A stretch of 41,399 nt of DNA from a bacterium (GTDB lineage: Bacteria; JAMCPX01): positions 1 to 41,399 of the forward strand of contig JBBIVV010000019.1 in NCBI GenBank assembly GCA_037439545.1, in the 5' to 3' direction. The translations under genes and the position numbers were made by a program. Under the pieces are notes generated by a model. It had not been told where the DNA came from. It saw only the letters and a list, made by a program, of their open reading frames with translations, and ran no database searches. Every line of letters starts with the position of its first letter. The stretch's first letter is position 1. Below are positions 1-8,445 of this stretch, in pieces.

Positions 1-94
1 GCATTACGCCGATGACCTTCTTACCCGTCTTTTTCTTCCCTGCACCGACTACATCTGTACTGTTCCGATTCACTTCAATGAATTTTTCAAACAT
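1..94 (-). CDS. 5' part (window-truncated) of a probable 2-hydroxyacyl-CoA dehydratase / benzoyl-CoA reductase subunit family protein
   Basis: Not in the ORF track. ATG at 94-92 is preceded by SD GAAGGAGAG. It translates to MFEKFIEVNRNSTDVVGAGKKKTGKKVIGVM, which resembles the (W)KxxTGxKVIG N-terminus of HgdB/FldB/BcrC-type proteins. Only 31 codons are visible. Confidence 0.5.
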   Translation of the reverse strand, partial: MFEKFIEVNRNSTDVVGAGKKKTGKKVIGVM

Positions 95-122
95 AATCTC
101 TCCTTCACGCATGAATATATTT

Positions 123-152
123 ATAATAATTACAGTCTCGTCAAGAAGTCAA
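123..152 (-). promoter_or_regulatory. putative sigma70 promoter for the truncated gene at 1-94
   Basis: TTGACT-18nt-TATTAT on the minus strand in an AT-rich intergenic region. Confidence 0.35.
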
Positions 153-205
153 TGCATTACAAGAATGCTAAAAAATCATGATTCAATATTTTAAATTATG
201 AATAC

Positions 206-237
206 AAAAAAAGGCACCTGAGTTTCCCCATTAGTGC
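206..237 (-). terminator. putative intrinsic terminator downstream of the CBM48 / hypothetical gene pair
   Basis: Minus strand reads GCAC-taa-TGGG-GAAA-CTCA-g-GTGC-c-T7: a GNRA-capped bulged stem followed by a U tract. Confidence 0.5.
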
Positions 238-269
238 GGTTTTTTATCGAGGAGAATACCAAGGGCATT

Positions 270-313
270 ATCTCCTGTATCCCCCTCTTTGGAAAAGAGG
301 GGATAGGGGAGAT
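270..313. repeat. REP-like imperfect palindrome
   Basis: atctcctgtatccccctcttt-gga-aaagaggggataggggagat forms a ~20-bp imperfect stem of the CCCCCT..AGGGG..AGGGGAGATT style seen in intergenic palindromic repeats. Confidence 0.6.
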
Positions 314-474
314 TTTTATATCTGCCTCCATATTTCTTCCAGAACTATAGCAATATTTTTTTAACACCTTTCTGTCCGAAATCCTAAGAATCGTTATTCC
401 GGCTTTTTCCAGATATTTGCAATAAGAAACTTTTTACCGGATCTTCAAACAAGCAAAACAATCCTGCGTTTCGT

Positions 475-1248
475 TCAATTCCTTTGATTATGCATGTTCA
501 TGTCCTGGTTCATGGGCATCCTGTCTGACGGATTGCCGGGAATTCCTGTCCTGTTCATCTGCATGGTATTGCCCTGCCCCATTTCCCGTTCCATCATGTC
601 GTTTCTGCTGCCCATGGGCTGTTCTATCAGTCTCATTGTTTTGTGCTGGATTTCATCGGCAGTTTTATGCGAAGAGAATTCCTTTTTCATAAATGAAATG
701 CCCTGCTCGGTGCTGTATCCCGAGGAGATCAGAGATGTAAGGGATACCGTGCCCATGATATAGTAGGACGCACCTGACCCGGGTGCTGCACGGTACAGGT
801 CTTTCAGCTGGTCCGGCTTTACACCGTTAAAAATGGCTATGGACATGGATTCTTTCAGTTCCATCGTTTTGTTATCCCCTTTTTGAATCTGCCCTTTTAT
901 TTGATCGTACAGCATGCCGGCTTGTTTGTACGATTGCTCCAGCCTGTTTGCTGCATCGACGATCCTCTCTGCCTGCGCATGCTTTGACAACCCCTCTACA
1001 ATCTTATTGGTTATCATCGGTACGGATACGTTATCCTGTTTCGCATGAATAACAGTTCTTAACATGTTTATAATACCGGCATCCGGAATACCTTCGGCCT
1101 TTGCCCTGTTTACCACGAGAGACACCTGGCCCGAAGGCACGCCGTTTTTCTCGGCTGTTTGGATTGTATCGGAAAGTGTCCCGGCATAAGCCGACACTGA
1201 GAATACCAGTAAACCCATTAAACCTGTAACTATCAATTTTATCTTCAT
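475..1248 (-). CDS. exported hypothetical protein, helical, with Met/Asn/Gln-rich C-terminal tail
   Basis: The ORF track starts at 1497, but that overlaps the upstream gene and runs through a repeat element. ATG at 1248 gives a classical signal peptide (MKIKLIVTGLMGLLVFSVSAYA|G). Core motif AKAEGIP...NKIVEGLSKHAQAERIVDA. Confidence 0.75.
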   Translation of the reverse strand: MKIKLIVTGLMGLLVFSVSAYAGTLSDTIQTAEKNGVPSGQVSLVVNRAKAEGIPDAGIINMLRTVIHAKQDNVSVPMITNKIVEGLSKHAQAERIVDAANRLEQSYKQAGMLYDQIKGQIQKGDNKTMELKESMSIAIFNGVKPDQLKDLYRAAPGSGASYYIMGTVSLTSLISSGYSTEQGISFMKKEFSSHKTADEIQHKTMRLIEQPMGSRNDMMEREMGQGNTMQMNRTGIPGNPSDRMPMNQDMNMHNQRN

Positions 1249-1251
1249 ATT

Positions 1252-1359
1252 TTTACCCCGTAAGAAAACCTGACCATCTATGGCAAGAGTACTTTTAATA
1301 AATTCTAAACTCTTTATAGAAAGGGCGTGATCTGAATCCAAGCCCCTTCTCGCGGTATT
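1252..1359 (-). mobile_element. degenerate copy of a ~110-bp MITE/REP-like element (homologous to 41189-41298, opposite orientation)
   Basis: Begins TTTACCCCGTAAGAAA. Shares CCAT.TATGG and an exact 16-mer TTATAGAAAGGGCGTG (1314-1329) with the reverse complement of 41189-41298. Confidence 0.75.
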
Positions 1360-1394
1360 TATACTTAAGACTCCATTGCAATTATTTCGTAACA

Positions 1395-1784
1395 TTATTC
1401 TTTCACCTGTTTTAATCCTTTGCTCACTATAAGTATACCGTTCTTCCCGCCAAAACCGTCGGACGCATAGGCATCTGCATGGGGAGGAACTACCCAAACG
1501 TTATTGTCTATGACAAACTTATAAGAGTATATCCCCTCCGGTAGTCGTATACCGATACTCCATACATGTTGACCGTCCTTATTCACCGTCTTTTTCATAG
1601 ACATCGATGTACGATCCCAGTCATTGAAGCTCCCGGCAAGACTGACGGACTTTGCACCATGGTCCCGGTATGAGAACATACAATTATTATTGTTTACGAC
1701 TACAGTGGGGACAATCTGTTCAGCCGCACAATCAACGATCATTAAAATTATTATGATAGCTATGCTATATCTGGTAATTGACAT
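1395..1784 (-). CDS. exported stand-alone CBM48 / AMPK-beta-type glycogen-binding domain protein (possible lipoprotein)
   Basis: Motifs AKSVSLAGSFNDW, LPEGIYSYKFVIDN..W and DGFGGKNGIL. Hydrophobic N-terminus followed by Cys. Start uncertain: ATG 1784 preferred over GTG 1841. Confidence 0.85.
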   Translation of the reverse strand: MSITRYSIAIIIILMIVDCAAEQIVPTVVVNNNNCMFSYRDHGAKSVSLAGSFNDWDRTSMSMKKTVNKDGQHVWSIGIRLPEGIYSYKFVIDNNVWVVPPHADAYASDGFGGKNGILIVSKGLKQVKE

Positions 1785-1925
1785 AACGATTTTATAGTAG
1801 CGATCTCCGATCGGAGTCAAATGATACGAGCAGAGCAGCACGCCGCATGTTCATTTTTATCACCATGCCCGTCATCCTTGTTTATACTTGACCTTCTTTG
1901 ACCGGTTAATGTAAGTCTGTATACT

Positions 1926-3035
1926 ATGAAGACGGGCATTAATTTCATTTCATTCCGTTCATATCAGGGGACCGAGATCTTTGCCAGACATCTCCTTTCA
2001 GAGCTTATCAGGAGAGATACGCAGGGAACATACGTAATCTTTGGATCAAAGTACCTGCCCGATCAGATGAGATTAAGAGCCGGGAACACCCTCCTTGAAA
2101 CAATCCGTATAAACCCGCACAACACGGTCAGCATGGGTCTTTATCAGCAACTCGTACTGCCGTTTCAACTCATGGTAAAAGGCATAACGCACTTCTATGC
2201 ACCGCTTCCATCGGTTCCGATCCTTTATCCCGGTAAAAAGATCATGACGATCCATGACTGTGCGTATGACCGGTTCGATGAATATAAGAATACATTCAGC
2301 AAGCTGTACCTTAAAGCAATGTATGGTGCAGGAAAATATTTCTGCGATGCTATAGTTACGGATTCCAACTTTGCGAAAAAGGAACTCATAAACCTTTACC
2401 ATATCAAACCGGACAAGATTAAGGTCATCTATCCGGGTATACCGGATTTACCACCGGTAGATGACGCATACATAAATACAACAAAGAATACATTCGGAAT
2501 CGTCTGTCCGTATTTTCTCTATGTCGGCATCACGAGGCCACGGAAGAACCTGCCCGGCTTGTTGAAAGCATTCAAAAGCTTTGTCCAGAAACACCCTGAT
2601 ACGCAGCTCGTCCTCGCAGGTATGATAGACACGTCTTTTGTCGACGTAAGAAAAGAGATCGTATCCCTTGGTCTTGAGAACAACGTGATACAAACCGGTT
2701 TTGTAGCGGATGATCAGAAAACAGCCTTATACAAGGGCTCTCTGGCACTGGTTTTTCCTTCCTTCTATGAAGGCTTCGGAATACCCGTGATCGAAGCCCA
2801 GAGCCTCGGTATTCCGGTGCTTACATCCAACACCTCGTCCCTGCCCGAGGTCGCAGGAGAGGGAGCTCTCTCTGTTGATCCGCATCAAGAGCGGGAGATA
2901 ACCGATAGTATGGAAAAGATACTTAATCCCACTGTGAGGAATAAACTGATTCGATCGGGCTACGACAATATAAATAGATTCTCATGGAAGGATTCTGCAA
3001 AAAAGCTCCAAGATTTATTTAGAGAATTTATATGA
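1926..3035 (+). CDS. glycosyltransferase family 4 (MtfB/WbpY-like)
   Basis: Motifs TIHD, VGITRPRKNL, FPSFYEGFGIPVIEA and SSLPEVAG. Confidence 0.93.
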   Translation: MKTGINFISFRSYQGTEIFARHLLSELIRRDTQGTYVIFGSKYLPDQMRLRAGNTLLETIRINPHNTVSMGLYQQLVLPFQLMVKGITHFYAPLPSVPILYPGKKIMTIHDCAYDRFDEYKNTFSKLYLKAMYGAGKYFCDAIVTDSNFAKKELINLYHIKPDKIKVIYPGIPDLPPVDDAYINTTKNTFGIVCPYFLYVGITRPRKNLPGLLKAFKSFVQKHPDTQLVLAGMIDTSFVDVRKEIVSLGLENNVIQTGFVADDQKTALYKGSLALVFPSFYEGFGIPVIEAQSLGIPVLTSNTSSLPEVAGEGALSVDPHQEREITDSMEKILNPTVRNKLIRSGYDNINRFSWKDSAKKLQDLFREFI

Positions 3036-4150
3036 AGATACTCCAGATCAACAAGCTCTATTATCCTGTGGTCGGCGGCATAGAAACGGTGGTCCAGCAA
3101 GTAGCAGAAGGCATCAATAAAGCCGATGATTTTATCGTCGATGTCCTCGCCTGTAACCGCGGCTTTAAAACAGTGCATGAACAAATAAACGGTGTTCCGG
3201 TAACGCGTGCATCGAGCTTCGGCATATTTTTCAGTATGCCTGTATCCATAAGCTTTTTCTTTTTATTAAAAAAATTATGGAAGAGCCATGATCTTTTACA
3301 CCTACATCTGCCGTTTCCTCTCGGTGAGCTTGCACTATGGCTCATCAGACCGAAGTGCAGGCTTATAATCACCTATCACAGCGACATCGTCAGACAGAGG
3401 TTTATTTCATCGGCCCTCGGTTGGCTGCATACATGGGTACTCGGACACGCGGAAAAGATTGCGGTATCGAATCCGAATATAATGGAGACGTCCACGCTCC
3501 TGAAACGGTTTAAAGAGAAATGCACGGTCATACCGTTCGGCGTGGACATGAAACGATTCAGTCCGGACAACGGCTCACCACAGAGCATAGAACAGATACG
3601 GCAGAATTACGGTAAACGGATCGTCCTGTTCGTGGGGAGGCTGGTTTACTACAAGGGCACGGAATATTTGATACGGGCAATGAAGGACATAGACGCACGA
3701 CTCGTGATCGTCGGTGAAGGACCGATGAAGAGATCCCTTGTCAACGAGGTAACCACACAGGGGCTTGCAAATAAGGTGACATTCCTCCCCTGCCGGACAC
3801 AGGATGAACTAGTGAATTTTTATCGTGCTTCATCCGTATTTGTGCTGCCCTCTCTTTACAGAAGCGAGGCATTCGGTATAACAATCATCGAGGCAATGGC
3901 GTGCGGACTGCCGGTTATCTCTACGGAGCTCGGGACCGGCACATCTTATGCAAACCTGGATGGGGTCACAGGGTTTGTCGTATCTCCGGGTAATAGCGAT
4001 GACCTCAGCACTCCCTTGAAAAAACTGATTTCTGACCCGGTATTGGCATCACACATGGGCAGGGCAGGCTATCAGAGGGTCAAAACGGCCTTTACCATAG
4101 ACACTATGTTGAATAAATATGAAAATTTATATAGAATAAATCCTCTATGA
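3032..4150 (+). CDS. glycosyltransferase family 4
   Basis: Motifs KLYYPVVGGIE, YHSDIVRQ, FVGRLVYYKG and SEAFGITIIEAMACG. ATGA overlap with the previous gene. Confidence 0.93.
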   Translation: MKILQINKLYYPVVGGIETVVQQVAEGINKADDFIVDVLACNRGFKTVHEQINGVPVTRASSFGIFFSMPVSISFFFLLKKLWKSHDLLHLHLPFPLGELALWLIRPKCRLIITYHSDIVRQRFISSALGWLHTWVLGHAEKIAVSNPNIMETSTLLKRFKEKCTVIPFGVDMKRFSPDNGSPQSIEQIRQNYGKRIVLFVGRLVYYKGTEYLIRAMKDIDARLVIVGEGPMKRSLVNEVTTQGLANKVTFLPCRTQDELVNFYRASSVFVLPSLYRSEAFGITIIEAMACGLPVISTELGTGTSYANLDGVTGFVVSPGNSDDLSTPLKKLISDPVLASHMGRAGYQRVKTAFTIDTMLNKYENLYRINPL

Positions 4151-5463
4151 ACGACAAATCAAAAATAAAGCTCATACTACTCGCACTGGGTGATATATTT
4201 TTAATGTATCTTTCTCTCATTGTAATGTTGATTATAAGATACAATGGTGGATTTTATAATGAATTTATACATCATCACATTGTGCCTTTCAGTATCTTAT
4301 TTCCGCTCTGGATAGCCGTATTTTATATCGGAGGATTTTACGATCTCAAGAACCTTAAAAATAATCTTGCCTTCAAGAGGAATTTTTCCTTCTTAATCTT
4401 CATAAGCTTTCTCATGGGTATAATGTTCTTTTACAGCATTCCGTCATTCGGGGTTGCACCAAAAACAAACCTTCTCATATTTTTTGTTCTTTTCGGCCTG
4501 ATAAGCTATACATGGAGACATATATTCAACATTATTCTTGTCACAACAATGATCCCCCTGAATATAACCATCATAGGCGTCCACAGGGATGTCGACACAC
4601 TTGTTCATTATATAAAGGCCAACCCGCAGCTCGGATACAGGATTCACCGGAAGGCCGAAAACATAGACAAAAACTTTATAGATACGCTTAAAAACACAAA
4701 TCTTCTGGTAATACCAGATTATATCAAAAAGGATAAAACTCTCATAAAGATCATTTACAATACCATGTTCAAGGGTGTTGATGTTAAGGACATATCGACA
4801 TTTTATGAAGAGGTCTTTGCCAAGATACCGCTCAGCGAGCTTGAAGAGTCATGGCTTATAGAAAATCTGGCAGCACAGCATACACTGTTCGATTCGATTA
4901 AAAGACCAATAGAATTTTTAACCGCCGTCTTATCGACGCTGATCCTGTCACCGATGATACTTGCAATATTCGTACTCGTAAAAATTACATCGAAAAGCAG
5001 TGTTATTTATAAACAGGAAAGGATCGGACGGTATGAGAGAAGGTTCGTTCTTTATAAATTCAGGACCATGGTGCCTGATGCAGAGGCTCACGGTCCGCAA
5101 TGGGCCGAGGATAACGATGTGCGTATTACCACATTTGGATGGCTGCTGCGACGCACTCACCTCGATGAACTGCCCCAGCTTATCAATGTTATAAAGGGCG
5201 ATCTTTCTTTTGTCGGTCCAAGGCCTGAAAGACCTGAATTCGTGGATCAGCTCAAGAAAAAAATACCCTATTATGAAATACGTCACATCGTTAAACCGGG
5301 CATAACCGGGTGGGCGCAGATCAACTACGGGTATGCCGCATCCGTCGATGACACCTACGAGAAACTCCAGTATGATATATACTACCTCAAGAAAAGATCC
5401 CTTGTACTTGACATAATCATACTATTGAAGACTATGAAAACATTATTTATAAATCCCGTGTAA
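4147..5463 (+). CDS. polyprenyl-phosphate (priming) glycosylphosphotransferase, WcaJ/WbaP/CpsE family
   Basis: Four N-terminal TM helices plus a C-terminal bacterial sugar transferase domain (KFRTM, LDELPQL, SFVGPRPERP, KPGITGWAQIN, YDIYY). Confidence 0.93.
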   Translation: MNDKSKIKLILLALGDIFLMYLSLIVMLIIRYNGGFYNEFIHHHIVPFSILFPLWIAVFYIGGFYDLKNLKNNLAFKRNFSFLIFISFLMGIMFFYSIPSFGVAPKTNLLIFFVLFGLISYTWRHIFNIILVTTMIPLNITIIGVHRDVDTLVHYIKANPQLGYRIHRKAENIDKNFIDTLKNTNLLVIPDYIKKDKTLIKIIYNTMFKGVDVKDISTFYEEVFAKIPLSELEESWLIENLAAQHTLFDSIKRPIEFLTAVLSTLILSPMILAIFVLVKITSKSSVIYKQERIGRYERRFVLYKFRTMVPDAEAHGPQWAEDNDVRITTFGWLLRRTHLDELPQLINVIKGDLSFVGPRPERPEFVDQLKKKIPYYEIRHIVKPGITGWAQINYGYAASVDDTYEKLQYDIYYLKKRSLVLDIIILLKTMKTLFINPV

Positions 5464-5475
5464 GAAGGAGCGTAC

Positions 5476-6876
5476 ATGCATAAGATATCGTTTGGAACGG
5501 AAGGATACAGGGGAGTTATCGGTTATGACTTTAACTTCCAGACCGTAGAAAGGATAGTGAAGGCAATATCGGCGTATATCCTTGAGAACAACGGCAAGAA
5601 GCTGCTCATTGGCTATGATACGCGCTTCCTGTCAAAAGAGTTTGCGGAGCATGCAGCGGGCGTTGCGGCAAAACATAAGCTTGACGTGCTCCTCTCCGAT
5701 ACCTTCTGCCCGTCACCCGTACTTTCCAATGCAACGAAGAGCCTTGGATTTAACGGGGGCATTATGATCACGGCAAGCCATAACCCTCCCTCGTACAACG
5801 GCATAAAGTTTAAATCGCATTACGGAGGCGCAGTCTCAACTGCGGTGACCAACCGGCTTTCTTCCCTCATAGAAGATATCCCTGCACAAGACACTTATCC
5901 TGAACGGTACCATAAAACAACAGACATAAGATACATTTACCGGCAGGACATAGAGAGGTTTATCAAAAGGGAACTTCACGATTCAAAGAGACTCAAAATA
6001 GTTGTAGACCCGATGCACGGAGCAGGACAGGGTTTTCTTTCATCTCTATTCAGAGACCTCGGACACGAGGTAATAGAAATACGGAACACGATCGACCCCT
6101 CGTTTGAAGGAACAAACCCTGAGCCTGTCGAGGATAACCTTCAGCCGTTAAAACAGGCCGTTTTACAGAACAAGGCAGACCTCGGCATCGCCCTCGATGG
6201 CGATGCAGACAGGATAGCGCTGGTAAATGAAAAAGGAGAATATGTGGACGCACACAGGATATTCGGCCTGCTTATCATGTACCTCGTCGAAGAAATGGGT
6301 CTGCACGGTGATGTTGCTAAAACCGTATCAAGCACAGAAATGATTGACAAATTGTGCTCGCATTATGCATTGAAGCTACAGGTAACGAAGATCGGATTCA
6401 AATACATATGCGAGTTGATGCAGCATGACAATGTCATGATTGGAGGCGAAGAAAGCGGCGGCATAGGCATTGCATCCCACATTCCTGAGAGGGACGCCCT
6501 TCTTGCTGGTATTCTTATCACGCAGTTAATGCTGACAAAAAAAAAGACGCTGAACGGCCTGATCACGGCTATGTATGATATTACGGGCAGATATTACTAC
6601 AGGAGAAAAGACATTCATCTGCGTCATGCGGGCGGTATATTGGATCAAGTGATAAACAATAAAGACAGGCTGCTGGATGATTTTGGCGCCTATGAAATGA
6701 ACACCATGGATGGATGCAAATTCATGTTTAAAGACGGCGGATTCTTAATGGCACGGGCATCCGGCACTGAACCTGTTTTAAGGATATATGCCGAGCTTAA
6801 AGAGAAAGACAAGACAGAGCGGATCGTAGATGAGTTTATAAAGAGACTTGAAAGCATTACAGGGAGAACTGAATGA
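5476..6876 (+). CDS. phosphoglucomutase/phosphomannomutase
   Basis: Motifs FGTEGYRG, ITASHNP (phospho-Ser), DGDADR, GGEESGG and RASGTEP. SD AAGGAG. Confidence 0.93.
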   Translation: MHKISFGTEGYRGVIGYDFNFQTVERIVKAISAYILENNGKKLLIGYDTRFLSKEFAEHAAGVAAKHKLDVLLSDTFCPSPVLSNATKSLGFNGGIMITASHNPPSYNGIKFKSHYGGAVSTAVTNRLSSLIEDIPAQDTYPERYHKTTDIRYIYRQDIERFIKRELHDSKRLKIVVDPMHGAGQGFLSSLFRDLGHEVIEIRNTIDPSFEGTNPEPVEDNLQPLKQAVLQNKADLGIALDGDADRIALVNEKGEYVDAHRIFGLLIMYLVEEMGLHGDVAKTVSSTEMIDKLCSHYALKLQVTKIGFKYICELMQHDNVMIGGEESGGIGIASHIPERDALLAGILITQLMLTKKKTLNGLITAMYDITGRYYYRRKDIHLRHAGGILDQVINNKDRLLDDFGAYEMNTMDGCKFMFKDGGFLMARASGTEPVLRIYAELKEKDKTERIVDEFIKRLESITGRTE

Positions 6877-7745
6877 AAAGTATGACCGGTTACGGAATAT
6901 CGACAGGCGTTGTTGAAGGTATTGGACTTTCATGCGAGTTAAAAACGTTGAACGGCAGATACCTCGATATCAATGTCAGACTGCCGAAGGAACTGTCGGT
7001 ATTCGAGGTGCCTTTGATACGATGGCTGAAGGGACAGTTTTCGAGAGGCAGCGTCTACCTTAATGTGAGTATAAAGAATTACGAGTATAAAAAGAGATGG
7101 CCATTCACTATCGACACAAAAAAGGCAGGGCTGTATATAGAACTTTTGAAAACAATAAAAAAAGCTCTGAGCTTAAAAGGCAGGATCACCATCGACGTGC
7201 TCACACAATCACCCGAATTCTTTTTAAAAGACGACAAGCCTGTGTCGGAGAGCGCTGTCAATGATATGATCAATGTCGCTGGAGAAGCGGTAAAAAAAAC
7301 AATATCGATGCGCGAGACAGAAGGTGAAGAAATAAAGAAAGAGCTGGAGTCTTTGATCAACAGTATCAGTGCTATTGTCAAGGACATAGGAGAAAAAATA
7401 CCGCAAGTAATAGAACAGTACAGGCAGAAGGCAATCGATCTCCTCAAGGATCTCAAACAATCATCCGGTGCTCAACTATCTCCGGAAGCAATCGTCGGAA
7501 ACTACATCGACAAGATAGATATACATGAAGAGCTGAAAAGGATACAAACGCACGTAAAAGCTTTTTACCAGCTTATGGATGCAAAAGGCTCACTTGGTAA
7601 AAAGATGGAATTCTTCACACAGGAGTTTATCCGTGAATTGAACACAATAGGCTCAAAAGCGGGAGAGATTGATATAACAACCAATGTCATAGATGCCAAG
7701 AATATAGTCGAAAGAATAAAAGAGCTTGCACAAAATATAGAGTAA
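6873..7745 (+). CDS. yicC: YicC/YloC family endoribonuclease
   Basis: Motifs MKSMTGYG, N.RYLD, DIHEEL.RI..H and GKK.EF..QE..RELNTIGSK. Lies upstream of gmk. Confidence 0.92.
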   Translation: MKSMTGYGISTGVVEGIGLSCELKTLNGRYLDINVRLPKELSVFEVPLIRWLKGQFSRGSVYLNVSIKNYEYKKRWPFTIDTKKAGLYIELLKTIKKALSLKGRITIDVLTQSPEFFLKDDKPVSESAVNDMINVAGEAVKKTISMRETEGEEIKKELESLINSISAIVKDIGEKIPQVIEQYRQKAIDLLKDLKQSSGAQLSPEAIVGNYIDKIDIHEELKRIQTHVKAFYQLMDAKGSLGKKMEFFTQEFIRELNTIGSKAGEIDITTNVIDAKNIVERIKELAQNIE

Positions 7746-7746
7746 C

Positions 7747-8307
7747 ATGGAAAAAAAGGGATTGATCATTATCATATCAGGACCCTCGGGTGTCGGCAAA
7801 ACGACAATTACCCATAAAATTCTCGCTGAGATAAGAGGGATTAGACAGTGCATTACCTATACGACACGCGATAAGCGAACCGATGAGAAGGACGGCGTCG
7901 ATTACTATTTTATCGATGACGCGGCATTTACACGGTTGATAAACAATAGGGAACTTGCAGAGTGGGCTATTATTAACGGATACCGCTATGGTACACCGAA
8001 GTCCGAGATCGACAGCATCACGTCATCCGGCAATGACGCGGTGCTTGTCATTGACATACAGGGCGCCGCATCGATCAAAGCGTTGTATCCGTCGGCACTT
8101 TCCATATTCATAAAACCCCCGTCACTCGAGGCACTGAAAGAAAGGCTTGAAACGCGCGGGGAGAAAGACCGCGTCGATATGCGGCTGAACAGGGTTAAAA
8201 CCGAGATAGAACAGTCCGGGAGTTATGATTACGTACTTGTGAACGATACCCTGGACAAAGTCGTAGATTCCCTGAAATTGATCTTAGAAAAGGCAAAAAT
8301 TTCCTGA
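7747..8307 (+). CDS. gmk: guanylate kinase
   Basis: P-loop SGPSGVGKTT, plus TTR..R..E.DGVDYYF, YGTP and FIKPPS. Confidence 0.95.
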   Translation: MEKKGLIIIISGPSGVGKTTITHKILAEIRGIRQCITYTTRDKRTDEKDGVDYYFIDDAAFTRLINNRELAEWAIINGYRYGTPKSEIDSITSSGNDAVLVIDIQGAASIKALYPSALSIFIKPPSLEALKERLETRGEKDRVDMRLNRVKTEIEQSGSYDYVLVNDTLDKVVDSLKLILEKAKIS

Positions 8308-8385
8308 AAATAACCGGCTCAATGGCTTTCTTCACCACACCGCTTACTGAAGAGGCGGGGCGTTAACCTATCCTTTAAATACAGC

Positions 8386-8439
8386 TTGATTTTGTTTGAT
8401 ATTTAAGGATAGAGTATTTCAAATTATCTGGCAAAGGAG
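8386..8439 (+). promoter_or_regulatory. putative sigma70 promoter and SD for purH
   Basis: TTGATT(8386)-18nt-TAGAGT(8410) and AAGGAG at 8434-8439. Confidence 0.35.
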
Positions 8440-8445
8440 TATAAG

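Noticed and set aside
1249..1497. N-terminal extension of the 340-aa ORF in the track
   Set aside because: It overlaps the CBM48 gene and reads through the repeat element. The signal peptide begins at Met 1248.
1827..1856. ECF-type promoter (GAAC...CGTA, minus strand) upstream of the CBM48 gene
   Set aside because: AAC-to-CGT spacing is about 20 nt, longer than typical ECF promoters, so it cannot be supported without the sigma's actual motif
8308..8445. ZTP (pfl) or purine riboswitch upstream of purH
   Set aside because: The conserved ZTP-type segments (GACUGGCG...GUGG, GCCUGGGC) are absent, and the likely promoter lies downstream of the only hairpin
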